This document shows, piece after piece, positions 44,787 through 55,543 of a stretch of 64,000 nt of DNA (its first letter is position 1; each line of letters begins with the position of its first letter). A program made the position numbers and the translations under genes. Under the pieces are notes generated by a model. The model was not told where the DNA came from, did not search any database, and saw only the letters and a list, made by a program, of their open reading frames with translations. This DNA comes from Podarcis muralis (taxonomy: Eukaryota), in contig NC_135657.1 in the NCBI RefSeq assembly GCF_964188315.1, positions 71,300,001 through 71,364,000 on the forward strand. Direction: 5' to 3'.

Positions 44787-46639
44787 GGCTACAGGGTTGC
44801 AGTGGGAAGGGGAATTTCCTGAAACTGGACAGAGGAAACTTTCACAAAGTTCCTCAACCAGATTCAGACCATTCTCCTTTTCTCTGTAGCCCCAAATAAC
44901 ATAGCCCCCACTGTTCAGTAAGGTCCCCTAGAGATGTTTTCATGAGGTTCAGAGGTTACAGAAAGGGAACAGCAGAAAAGAAAGTTCGGTACTTGAGAGG
45001 CTTCCCTCTTGCCCAACCACTGCATAGAAGCCAATGAGTATGCCTTGTTTAATCTGTTGACCCATTAACTGGGGACACTTTTTAGTAGATTAAGTTTTTT
45101 TAAAATTGATTGATCTTAACCAATTAATTGATTAAATATTGCAGCACTTGTGGGAATGCAACTGCTATTTAAACTTGTTTCATCCCTTTAGTCTGCATTT
45201 CCCCAAAGCTTTGTGAGCTCAGAAAGCAAAAGGGAATGCTTATTTCAACTTCAAGTCAATAGAAGTCCAGCATTGGTGCTTTGTAGCTTTGCAGCCACAG
45301 TGGCCATAGGTCCTCAGAAGCTCAAGGAGAGACAAGAGGCTGGACAGCCTCCAAAGTCCACAAATGGCCTTGAGAATGCTCCGGATTTTTGTACAGGCAA
45401 AAACAAACACACTATAATAGTGCAGAAAAGATACAGCCTAAATGTTCAGTTTCTCCCCAAATCACTTCAGAAAAGTTGTTCCCAACCTTTTAATGCGGGA
45501 AGGGAGCTGGATCACATACATTTTGCCCTTGGCTGGAAGAGGATTTTAAAATTATGCCTGCTACGAGGCATAAAAAAATCTAGAAACGAATAATTCTTCT
45601 TCCTTCTGTAATTTTGTTTTTACCTACTTCTAAACTTAGTTGATAAATCATTTATTTATTGAAGCTTATATGAATAATTAAACTTACTTTAGCTCAGGCT
45701 GCAGATCTCATTCTTACAAATGCAACACTGCAGCTCTCTTCATGCATTACCCACCTAAAAGGGCAACATGGATACAAAGGGGCTGTGGGTCCGTGCATTA
45801 GGCCCCGCCCCTGAAGTTACATGGCGCCTCCAGGACCTGCCCTCCCCATGCGCCATGGGATAGCTTTGTAGGCAGAGAGCCTTTTCTGTGTTTGCATTTC
45901 CCCTTCTTGCAAGTAACGCAGGAAGAACACTACAATACTTCCTGAAACTGGTAGATCCACAAACAAGCAACACACCTTTATCAAAGTTCTTGTGAAGTGT
46001 GATGCATGTAGCATTAAATCTAGTTCAGCTGTGAATGCTCCTAAAGAAGCAAAGGGGGTTAAACGGCAGCCAGGAAACTGAAAAGTAGCTCCGCCTCCAT
46101 TGTGATCTAGGGTGGCCACAACTGAATGGGAAATGGCAGGCACAGCTGACATCTTTCTGGTAACAGTTGTCTAACTAAAATAATCTCTGTAACAGTAGCT
46201 ACATTTCATGCCTGCGCACAGTTGCTTTTTTACAAACACACACAAACTACACATAGCCAAGTATAACTTACTATAATAATGCAGTCACATAACACACTAT
46301 CCTGGGGAAAATTCCTGAGTACTGAAAGAATGAAAGAACTTAAGGCACTTTTAACTAAGACGTTTTCTCTTTGTTTATGCATTCGCATATAATCAGAGCA
46401 TGATGAACAACTTCATTATTTTTTAAGTGGAATTTAAAAACATTTCAGTTTGCTCAGACACTTGAGGGATGGAAGATACTGAAAGATATTGTTTCCACCC
46501 ACCTTGGAATTAGTTGTGATGATATTTGGTTTGTGTGCACATTTTTTTTAAAAAAACTGCAAAGTTTTTATTCTCTGGCTGTTTGCTGGCCAGGGCTCCT
46601 TTCTGAGGAATGGCGAGATCAAAATATAGCAAACCACCA

Positions 46640-47085
46640 TCTCAGAGGAAGCTGAAGATCATGGTGTGGTGCCTTGGAATAGTTCTCACAAACCACAGAC
46701 AAAGTAGTAAAACTGTATCTTGGCTGCAGATTTATGATGTAAGGTGATGATTATATGAACATTATGTCGTTCCCCGTAGTGTCCAAAAACTGTACCTGCT
46801 GGGTTTATGTTAATAGTGGGTGGAAGTTGTTGAAATCTCTGTAGCTCTAAAATCTAAATATGTCATCAAAGCATGTCAGGCAGCGGAGAGGTTTTTCGGG
46901 ACAGGAGCTTAGAAAGTGTTGTTCCAGGCCAGTCATGGTGCAACTGATCTCAAGATACATGTTCTTCCAAAAGATGAATTGTGGGTTGCTATAAAGTAGC
47001 AGAGTTTGGTGGCCAAATGCGCTGTAGGGTCAGCAGGGAAGATGATGGTTTGTGTTAGATACTTATACAGGACTTATCAATGCCT
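46640..47085 (-). mobile_element. Penelope-like element reverse transcriptase fossil
   Basis: Minus-strand peptides DPTAHLATKLCYFIATHN, FWKNMYLEISCT, LEQHFLSSCPEKPL..LTCFDDIF, RDFNNFHP and QVQFLDTT occur in the order of vertebrate PLE RT motifs. Multiple stops and frameshifts. Confidence 0.82.
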
Positions 47086-47230
47086 TACAGCAGTACTGTG
47101 TTCCTCTTCATGCCTATTTTAACAACATGAGTACATGTGCTGTCAGTTTCCCCTGCTACCCCAGAAGGATTCCATTCAGTGAAGTCCCATGTGGGTGTAT
47201 CCAGAGTACTTGGTTATGCTTTGTATAGTA

Positions 47231-47595
47231 CAGAGGTGGTGAACCATTCCCCTTCTGGACAACCTTCCAGGCAGCACATGTCTGTGGAGAGTGGGGCCAG
47301 AGGCATTGGTGAGTGGAGCAATGAATATGAATTCTAACTTTGTAGAGCAGGCTAGTTTCTACACACATTCAAATGTATGTGTAGAAACTCTGTCCTCCAC
47401 CTCGTGAAACAAATGGCATTACCAGAGCTCAAGGACACACTGCAGCCAGGCAAAAATATTCAAGTAGCATATGAAGCAAGGCCAGTGTGAGGTGTGGCTT
47501 AGGAATGGTATGCAGCCTTAGATGAGTCCTGAGGGCCACACAGAGGAGCATTAAGGGCCGCATTCTGCCTCTGGGCCAGAAGTTCCCCACCCCTG
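47231..47595. mobile_element. Decayed hAT-type MITE
   Basis: Ends CAGAGGTGGTGAACC / AGTTCCCCACCCCTG; GAGGGCCACA and GGGCCGCATT subterminal motifs; TSD not preserved. Confidence 0.65.
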
Positions 47596-47869
47596 TACAA
47601 TATAAACTACCATCTACTCTGAACATTGGTAAAGCAGAAGAATGAGTCAAACTTCAGTAATGTTGTCCCCTTTAAAGAGGAATTTGAACTCCTATTCCTT
47701 CATCTTAACTCTTCTTTGAATTTGTGGGGTACAGTCCTCATCATGCCTCTGCCACCCCAGGATGCTTGTGATTGCTCATTTGAAAATTTTCACAAGATCA
47801 GAACCTCCCTCCATGTGGAAAGTTTACATACCACAGGGAAGGCAGCATTTATTATTAGGGAAGCTATTC

Positions 47870-47927
47870 ATGTTTGATGCATTCTTGTACTTTAATATTT
47901 TGTGGGTAGCCCAGCCAGATGGGCAGG

Positions 47928-47978
<51 letters not shown>
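47870..47978 (+). mobile_element. L2 3' tail with internal deletion and long (TAT)n
   Basis: TGTTTGATGC...TTTAATATT...CCCAGCCAGATGGGCAGGGTA-(TTA)n; the 5' arm of the stem-loop is missing. Confidence 0.8.
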
Positions 47979-47980
<2 letters not shown>

Positions 47981-49508
47981 CCCATCACCATTATTAATAT
48001 TACACCTACACACAGATGCAATGGACATTACAGCATGGCTAGTGATGGTATATCATGTCCCTGTGATGTTGTTTGTATAGTATTCCTTTATAAAAGTCAG
48101 AAACATAGTCATGGACATTAGGGTGGTGTAGAGAGAAATCAAATGCACCAGGAGCTCATTATATTGCTTCTTAGGAGTCCCTGTGGGGTTCATCTATCAA
48201 CCTTTAAATTTTGTGCCAAGGAAATTCAAACTGTGCAATCCAGTCAACTACTGGCTTATTTTGCATAATACATTCCGCTTCCAATACTGAGGGTTTTTTG
48301 GATTCTGGTGGGGTTTTGTGTGTGTGTTTTTTAAAGTGTAATTTTGGAGCAAAGTTTGGAATTAAATCAAAAGATGGAAAGGTCTGGAAAGAGGTGTGCT
48401 GTGCTCACAGCAACGGGTGAGGAGCAAGTGCCAAGAGCGATGACATGCACCAGGCAGAAAACCTGGCTTGCCTAGGCATAAAATTTGAACTGTTTTAAAA
48501 AAATACAAAACTAGCAGCAAACTTAGGCTCTGCCCACCTGCTCTGTTTCAACTGGCATAGAAACGCTTTTTCAAGAAAGCAACAGAGTTCAGCAAAACTG
48601 GAAATGATTAGAGAATAATGCAGTGCAATCCAAGAACAAATGTGTGTTGCAGATTAATCACTTTCCAAGACTGGAAAGGAAAGATAGGAGTGAGAGATAA
48701 ATCTGGCCCCAGTGTTTATGCAAGCGTATCATACTTCATAGTACTGAATGTCCCAGCACTTACAGAGGAAGTAAACAATGTTCTCTCTGTGTATATGTAT
48801 GCACACAGCACTAAATATGATAGCCTGTAAAGAATGCCTAACTTTGAGTTATGAAACACACACGTCAGAGATCTCCCAGTTGTTAAGTACAATACCACAG
48901 CCCAGGGATGGGGAACTAGAAGTGACATTTTACATTTTAGAACTATGTACCCTCAACACTGCTATGCATATTTGCTCAGAAGTAAAGCACAACGTTCAGT
49001 GGTGCTTACTCTAAGGGCAAACAGGATGGCAGCCCAAGTACTTTATACACAATTACATATTTCACACATTCTGCAGACATGGAGTAGGGGCTTGGTTCGC
49101 TGCAGAGTTATTTAGTGTATCTTAAGTAAACTGACTTTACTGTAAAATAGAAACTCAATTCTCCCAAGATACAGAACATTTATCCTTAGCCTTTGCTAAC
49201 CTTATTGCCAATGATAGCAACACTTCCCAATATTCACTTCTAGAGACATGTATCAGTCAAGTGACATCTTAACACCAAACGCAATTGCTTCTGGCACTAC
49301 CACCTGTTCGTCTGATATAAATGTGATTACATTTGAAACACTGGGATCCTACTTAATGCTGCTACCTTGATCCAGGTATCAGGAAAGGCAGCACTGGCCA
49401 TAAAGCAGTAGAGCATGCATGCTCAGAGGTAGTATACCTGGAAGCACTAGACACTAGAAGCAAACACAGGCTTGCTATAATTTTAATGTGTTGCTTGTAA
49501 ACCTTCCA

Positions 49509-49585
49509 AGGGCATCTGCCTGGCAACTGTTAAGCAGAATACATGGGGAAATGGTCCTTGGACTGATCAAGCAAGGAGATTCTTA
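49509..49585 (+). mobile_element. Old SINE/CR1-type tail remnant
   Basis: GGGCATCTGCCTGGCAACTGT...ATGGTCCTTGGACTGATCAAGCAAGG..TTCTTA resembles CR1-derived SINE tails. Confidence 0.4.
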
Positions 49586-51340
49586 AAATCTGTTTGACTT
49601 TTAGCATCAACATCCCTGGTTGTATCTTTCATTCTCTAGGGAAAACACAGGAACAATTCCTTATGCTATGCCTTCAAACACAGAACAGAGATAATTACTA
49701 AGAATAACACTGCTGCTGTGACTTCTGCTTAAATGCAAAGTCACCAGCTGTAGTGCATGGAATAAGAGAAGTCCATCTAGGGCTCTCAGAGAAAGATTAA
49801 GAGTCAATATAAACACCACCTTATCTTAGGTGGCCTGTAAAAAAAAAAAAAAAAGTCTACAATTTACTCATTTCTGCTCTCCCAAACAAAAAAACCCCTA
49901 AGGTCACAAGCATAAAGTAACTAAATGTTCTGTGACAAACAGAACATACAAAGAAACTCTGGAGTCACCTGACAAGCAAGTACACTGTGGTCAGACAAGC
50001 AGTACCAGGTCAGACAAAAGGTGATATTGCAGAACAAACGGAAAGATTTTTCAGAAGGTACTTATATGGGTCTGACTGCAATATAATGGCTTACCAAAGC
50101 ATTATGAGATGTCTGAAATGCTCCCATTTGACAAAAAGACAATATCTTTTATTGCATGTTGCTACCACTGCAAACTACAAACATTACATAACCTCACTGA
50201 GATTTAATTCTATAATTTTATTACCAACACACTAAAAAAACAGAAAAAGCAGTAGTTCAGTGCTTTAGCACTCTTCTCGCTTTTGCTTCTTTTCCCTGTG
50301 ATTTCAGTTCAAACAAGTACCGTATAGACCAAGACCATGGAAACAATAACTGGTAGTCATTTTAATTTTAGACTCCAAAGTAAACATGGTGGCATAAATG
50401 TTCTTCTAAAATGGGTTTGCCTAGGGAAGGCTAGTATATCTCTGTACAGTGGGCTCAATTTTCTCAAAATATATTAAGTAGCATATTAATTGTCTGATTA
50501 GACCAAATCATTAAGAAAACAATTCCCTATAAATTAGGGAGCTAAATAAACAACAGATAGACAGATAGATGGACGGAATAAGAAAGCTAAAGTCATATAG
50601 CTTTCACAGAACAATTAAAAGGCAAAATGGGTTGTGCATCATCTGGTGAATGACATTAATTGTAACCAATTCTGTTTTATGTGTATTCATACACCCCTGA
50701 ATATTAGGTATATTTTCCACTCTGCAGTTTAAAGTAATTCAAAGGCTTGCATATTCCTACATGAACACAAAGTGATCCATCAAATGATATCATATATTTT
50801 GTGTCTCAATTATAAACGATACATACTAGCCACATGAGTATGTTTCAATATGCAGTGTGTATGGAAATTATTTAGCAAAACTTGTTGCTGCTTCATTCCT
50901 GCCCCCTTTAACTTGTTTCTCTAGCATGCACTGATACACCCCAATTAACCATCTAATAATAACAAGCTTATGGCGCAGCTGCAAGATTCCCTTAAAGCAA
51001 TATTGAGCCAATGGTCGTAATTGATCCAGAGATCTGTACCAGCTCAATAGTACAGGGTGTATCCAATTCTTGGAAACATTACATCCAGCCTAATTCCCTT
51101 CCAAGGTTACAAACTGCAAGGTTATGATCACTCAGAAAAGCTCATGTGACCCAGAGGCAAGTAACTACCCAGTTGTTAACACTAGCCTGGGGCAACAGAA
51201 AACTGCTCAGGGTAAGCATTATCATAGGGTGGCTGAATACCACAGTCGCATGGGCCCTGGTGGTAAAGGAGAGAGAGAGAAAAATGTTTTCCTTAAGTGA
51301 GACCTTAATGCAGAACTGCCACCACGTCATGCTAGCTCAC

Positions 51341-51416
51341 CTGTGCAAGTGCTCAGGGATAGTCTTTGAAGCCTCCTTGTTGAAGGAGCCCTCCAAATTT
51401 CTTGGGCCTTCATTCA
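51341..51416 (-). other. Candidate 76-nt exon
   Basis: Acceptor ATAATCTTTCAG|, donor CAG|GTGAGC; one open frame NEGPRNLEGSFNKEASKTIPEHLH. No homology recognised. Confidence 0.3.
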
Positions 51417-51770
51417 CTGAAAGATTATCAGCTGCCAATACTTTTAAAGCTGGAGGGAGGGATCATTTTACCTATGAAGGACCACAGACACTCAGGAAAA
51501 GTCAGCTGGGAGCCAGAGCTGATGGGGACAGAGTTTGCTGCACTGCACAGCAATTTCTCTCTGTGTATGCCATCCCACCCTTCTCTACCTCTTGCCAGCG
51601 CACAGAGCATAAGAGGAACATATTCCAAGATCAGTGTGTGCACATGGCGTCCAGAGAGCCAGATGACACGGAGGGCCACATGAAATTCTGCCAATGACCA
51701 CATGTAGTTTACTGGGCTGCAAATTCCTGGGTGCACACACTGAGGCTGTAAATCCTAAGAACACTTAGAG

Positions 51771-51902
51771 CAGGGGTGGAGAACCTGTGGCCTTCCAGAT
51801 GCCACTGGACTACAGCTCCCATCATACCTTTCCATTGCCTATGCTGGCTGGGGCTGATGGGAGTCCACCAACATTTGGAGAGCCACAGCTTCCCCAGCCA
51901 TT
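51771..51902. mobile_element. hAT-type MITE
   Basis: CAGGGGTGGAGAACCTGTGGCCTTCCAGATG...GGACTACAGCTCCCATCA...TGATGGGAG...GCCACAGCTTCCCCAG; partial TSD ACTTAGAG/AACTAGAG. Confidence 0.75.
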
Positions 51903-52173
51903 AACTAGAGAGTAAGTCTCTTTTACTTCTAAGTAGCAATGCATAGGATAGCACTGAATGTGTCCCTGAAATCTTTTGAGCAAAAGATGGGATGGAAGGC
52001 ATAAATGTATAAAGGAGGAGAATATATAAAGTCAGTGCTTTTGTCTACATCTTCAACACAGTCCCAGTTTAAACCTGAGACGCAGCTTGCTAAAGATGGA
52101 AAACGAACCCTGCACAGGTTTCCACAGCATTAGCTGGGTAGCATACACACACCCACACCTACACCCACACCCA

Positions 52174-52524
52174 GGGACGTGGGTGGCGATGTGGTTTAAA
52201 CCACTGAGCCTCTTGGGCTTACCAGTTGGAAGGTTAGCCGTTCAAGTCTGCGTGACGGGGTGAGCTCCCCTTGCTCGGTCCCAGCTCCTGTCAACCTAGC
52301 AGTTCAAAAGCATACCAGTACAAATAAATACCGCTGTGGCAGGAAGGTAAATGGTGTTTCCGTGCATTCTGGCACTTGTCATGGTGGTGTAGTCATGCTG
52401 GCCACATGACCCAGAAAGCTGTCTGTGGACAAATGCCAGTTCCCTCAGCCTGAAAAGTGAGATGAGCACCACATCCCATAGTCACCTTTGACTAGATTTA
52501 ACCGTCCAGGGGTCCTTTACTTAC
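52174..52524 (+). mobile_element. Sauria SINE (more diverged copy)
   Basis: GGGACGTGGGTGGCGATGTGG head, conserved core, tail GGGGTCCTTTACTTAC; flanked by ACACCCACA on both sides (probable TSD). Confidence 0.92.
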
Positions 52525-52988
52525 ACCCACAGCCATTCCTTTGAAAAAGAAAATAAAAAGCTGACTGAACCATCGAAGATGCTTATTGCACTGAAACACT
52601 AATGAAGCCTCCCTAATGTGTTATGTTGAGCCTCAACCCTGCATCTTGCCGGGAGGAGGGGTGTTTAGAAGAGAAGCTGCCTTGGCCTTGTAGAAGCAAA
52701 AAGGCACGGTGTTGCACTGACATCATATTTGGCAGCTTACGCCAGGCTGTAATACTTGACTTTGATGTGTGATGTGAATAAATGTTGTCAGGACCCAAGT
52801 GCCATCTGGACTGACAGAATGTGGAGGCTAAAATCTTGCAAGATCCATTCCCAGCCAATCTCAATGATTCCATGTCAAGAGGGAGCAGCCATGTATTATA
52901 AAGAGGCAGATACAGGCTTGGAATCGTGAGGGAAGGTGAGGCAGCCACCACACAGTGAGGGCACTCCATAGCAAGAAAGCCAACTACT

Positions 52989-53175
52989 TTGGTGGTGTAG
53001 AATGTTGCAATGGGACCTGGAAGACCAGGGTTCAAATCCCCACTCAGCCATGAGGCTCACTAGGTGACCATGCATTAGTCACTACCTCTCAACCTAACCC
53101 ACCTCATAGGCTGAAGCGCGGGGACAGGCATGGAAAAACCACATATGCCATGTTGAGCTCCTTGGGATATAAAAC
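52989..53175 (+). mobile_element. Squam2/MIR-like tRNA-derived SINE
   Basis: GGTGGTGTAG...CCAGGGTTCAAATCCCCACTCAGCCATGAGGCTCACTAGGTGACC...AGTCAC...CTCAACCTAACCCACCTCA. Confidence 0.75.
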
Positions 53176-54879
53176 AAGCAAGCAAATTCTCATTGAACTA
53201 TCGCCCTGTTACCATTCTTAATGAAAGAGCCCCATTTATGAAAATAATACACAATGCACCTGTTTCAAATGTCATGCCATGAGTAATACACCTTGCTACT
53301 TACTGGGCTCAATCTAGGGAAAGGCAAAACCAGTTTAAGCCCCGTGTAAAGCAACAGCATTTAAACTCTGGGTAATATTCACCGTTCTCTCTCTTCTCTA
53401 AATGCAGGGATGCAGCACATTTACCACAGGTAATTTCCTGAATGCAATGCACCTTACAGATTGACAAACGAGAAGAGTTTAGAAATTCTGGCTTTGCCTT
53501 GCTTGGGGGTGGGTGGGAAGAGATGTGGGTGGCTGGTTCTTCCACTGACCATCTACCAGCAGGCTTAATAGGCTTTGGAAACAGTCCTGGAATACAGGGT
53601 TGTGTTAAGACCTTTAGATGCCCTAAGCATTTTAAAAAGCTTTTGGTGCCCCCAAATATATCTAATTAAAAATATAAACAATAATAAACCATGTATTATT
53701 AATCTCTATTGCAATTTTATATTTAATATTTTTATTGTTGTATGTGTTATTCATTTATCGTGGGAGTCTTTTTTTGTGGAACCTAGTTCAGCTACATCGT
53801 TTGGTCCATAGTAAATCCAGCAACAAAAAATTTCTATGGTACCCCCCCCTTCTCTTGATTCCTTAAGCACGGGCTTATTTTGCTTAATGGTTAATCCAGC
53901 TCTCCTGAAATACCATGAGTTCCATAACTGACATGCCATATGAAACACTTTGGCAAAAGACTCTCACAAAACCATAACTTAGGACAAAATGAGTACCTAT
54001 ACTCTTTCTCATGTACCTCATCCCCAGGGCACGGGGTGGCCACAGTGATAAAAACATACACACAAAAGTAAAATGAGAGCAAGCAAAAATAAAACAAAAG
54101 TTTAAGTCATCCCACTGAAAGCCAGCAATTGAAAAGATCTTGAGAGTTTCTGAAAGAGGCCCTAGGTTTGGCCCACCTCCAGGGGGGAGAGCCCCAGAGA
54201 ATAAAGATGTGATCATCCTTCAACAAAGTAATGCTTCCGAGCTTATTCTAAGGAAAAATGGCTACATGAATGAGCATTACCATTATATGTAGATAAGTGC
54301 TAGAGTGGCTAAATGTCAAATTTATTACATTAATATGCTCCTTCACTGAGCAATGACAGTCATCATAGATATGGATGATTCAACTGTGGCAAGTGGATGT
54401 TATCAACTAGTTTTAAAGTTATTATTCTGCTCAGACAAAAAGTATTCCGCTTAGGGGGGAAATGTCCATTGAACGTCTGTCTGTCTTTGAAAGCACCTTG
54501 CACATGGAAACAATAAGGTGCTGATATATCAGGCTTGTACATTATCCACAAACAATCCCAATATGGTTTGAAGATGTTGGCCACAGCAAATAAATTACAA
54601 AGGCTTAAATCCTGTAGTACAAACAATAGTTTAATAATTCAAGTTCCACAAAGTCTTTTTATCCCTATAATTAAGTAGACGTATGTGGACATCAGCACTG
54701 TACATAAGAACACAGCTATAACCAAGGAAAATCTTAAGTGGTGAATACTACCCAAATATGAATATATCACATTGTTTAGCTGGAATTACCACTTTAAATA
54801 TACCACTATCATGTTCCAGGTCCGCTCACAAGTTGACTTGATCAACTTGTAAACTTCAATCAAAGCTGCAGCCTGGAAA

Positions 54880-55030
54880 CAGCTGTTGGAAAAACCCAAA
54901 GTGAACCTTTTCTCCCAGCCAATTCAATGTTCTTTTCACTATTTATATTCTTGGATTGACCAGCTGCGACTGATACTGTAGGTCATGGTGTCCTAAACCT
55001 ACCAAGAATTTGATGATGCTGTCAAAACTT
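54880..55030 (+). mobile_element. Highly decayed L2/CR1-clade RT fragment
   Basis: 54951-54995 translates LD*PAATDTVGHGVL, resembling LDLSAAFDTIDHNIL. Confidence 0.4.
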
Positions 55031-55248
55031 CTGAACTTGTTTTTAATCATCCTAGTTCTTAATCTTAACTAGCTGTAGATAGTGCCCTGCTGACCTTGCT
55101 TACTGCAAGATCATTAGGAAATGCTATTTTGTCAAGTTCTAATCTTGAGGCATTTCATCACTAAGTACCATATTAACAAACACTGTTTCTTTAAAGTTCT
55201 ATTTTATCATATTATCATGCTAAGAAACATTTATGTGGCATAAAGATT

Positions 55249-55543
55249 CAGCACTGAGGGCCTTCTGGCAGTTCCCTCACTACGAGAAGCCAAGTTATAG
55301 GGAACTAGGCAGAGGGCCTTCTCAGTAGTGGCATCCACCCTGTGGAACGCCCTCCCATCAGATGTCAAAGAGATAAACAACTACCTGACGTTTAGAAGAC
55401 ATCTGAAGGCAGCCCTGTTTAGGGAAGTTTTTAATGATTGATGTTTTAATGTATTTTTTATCTTTGTTGGAAGCCACCCAGAGTGGCTGGGGAAACCCAG
55501 CCAGATAGGCAGGGTACAAATAATATTTTTTTATTACTATTAT
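55249..55543 (+). mobile_element. L2 3' fragment, same family as the long element
   Basis: Aligns with 28985-29275 including TGGCTGGGGAAACCCAGCCA. Confidence 0.94.

Noticed and set aside
51146-51697. 183-aa ORF, the longest outside the L2
   Set aside because: No domain or coding-like composition; its 3' half overlaps a decayed hAT-like remnant (GAGGGCCACA motifs).
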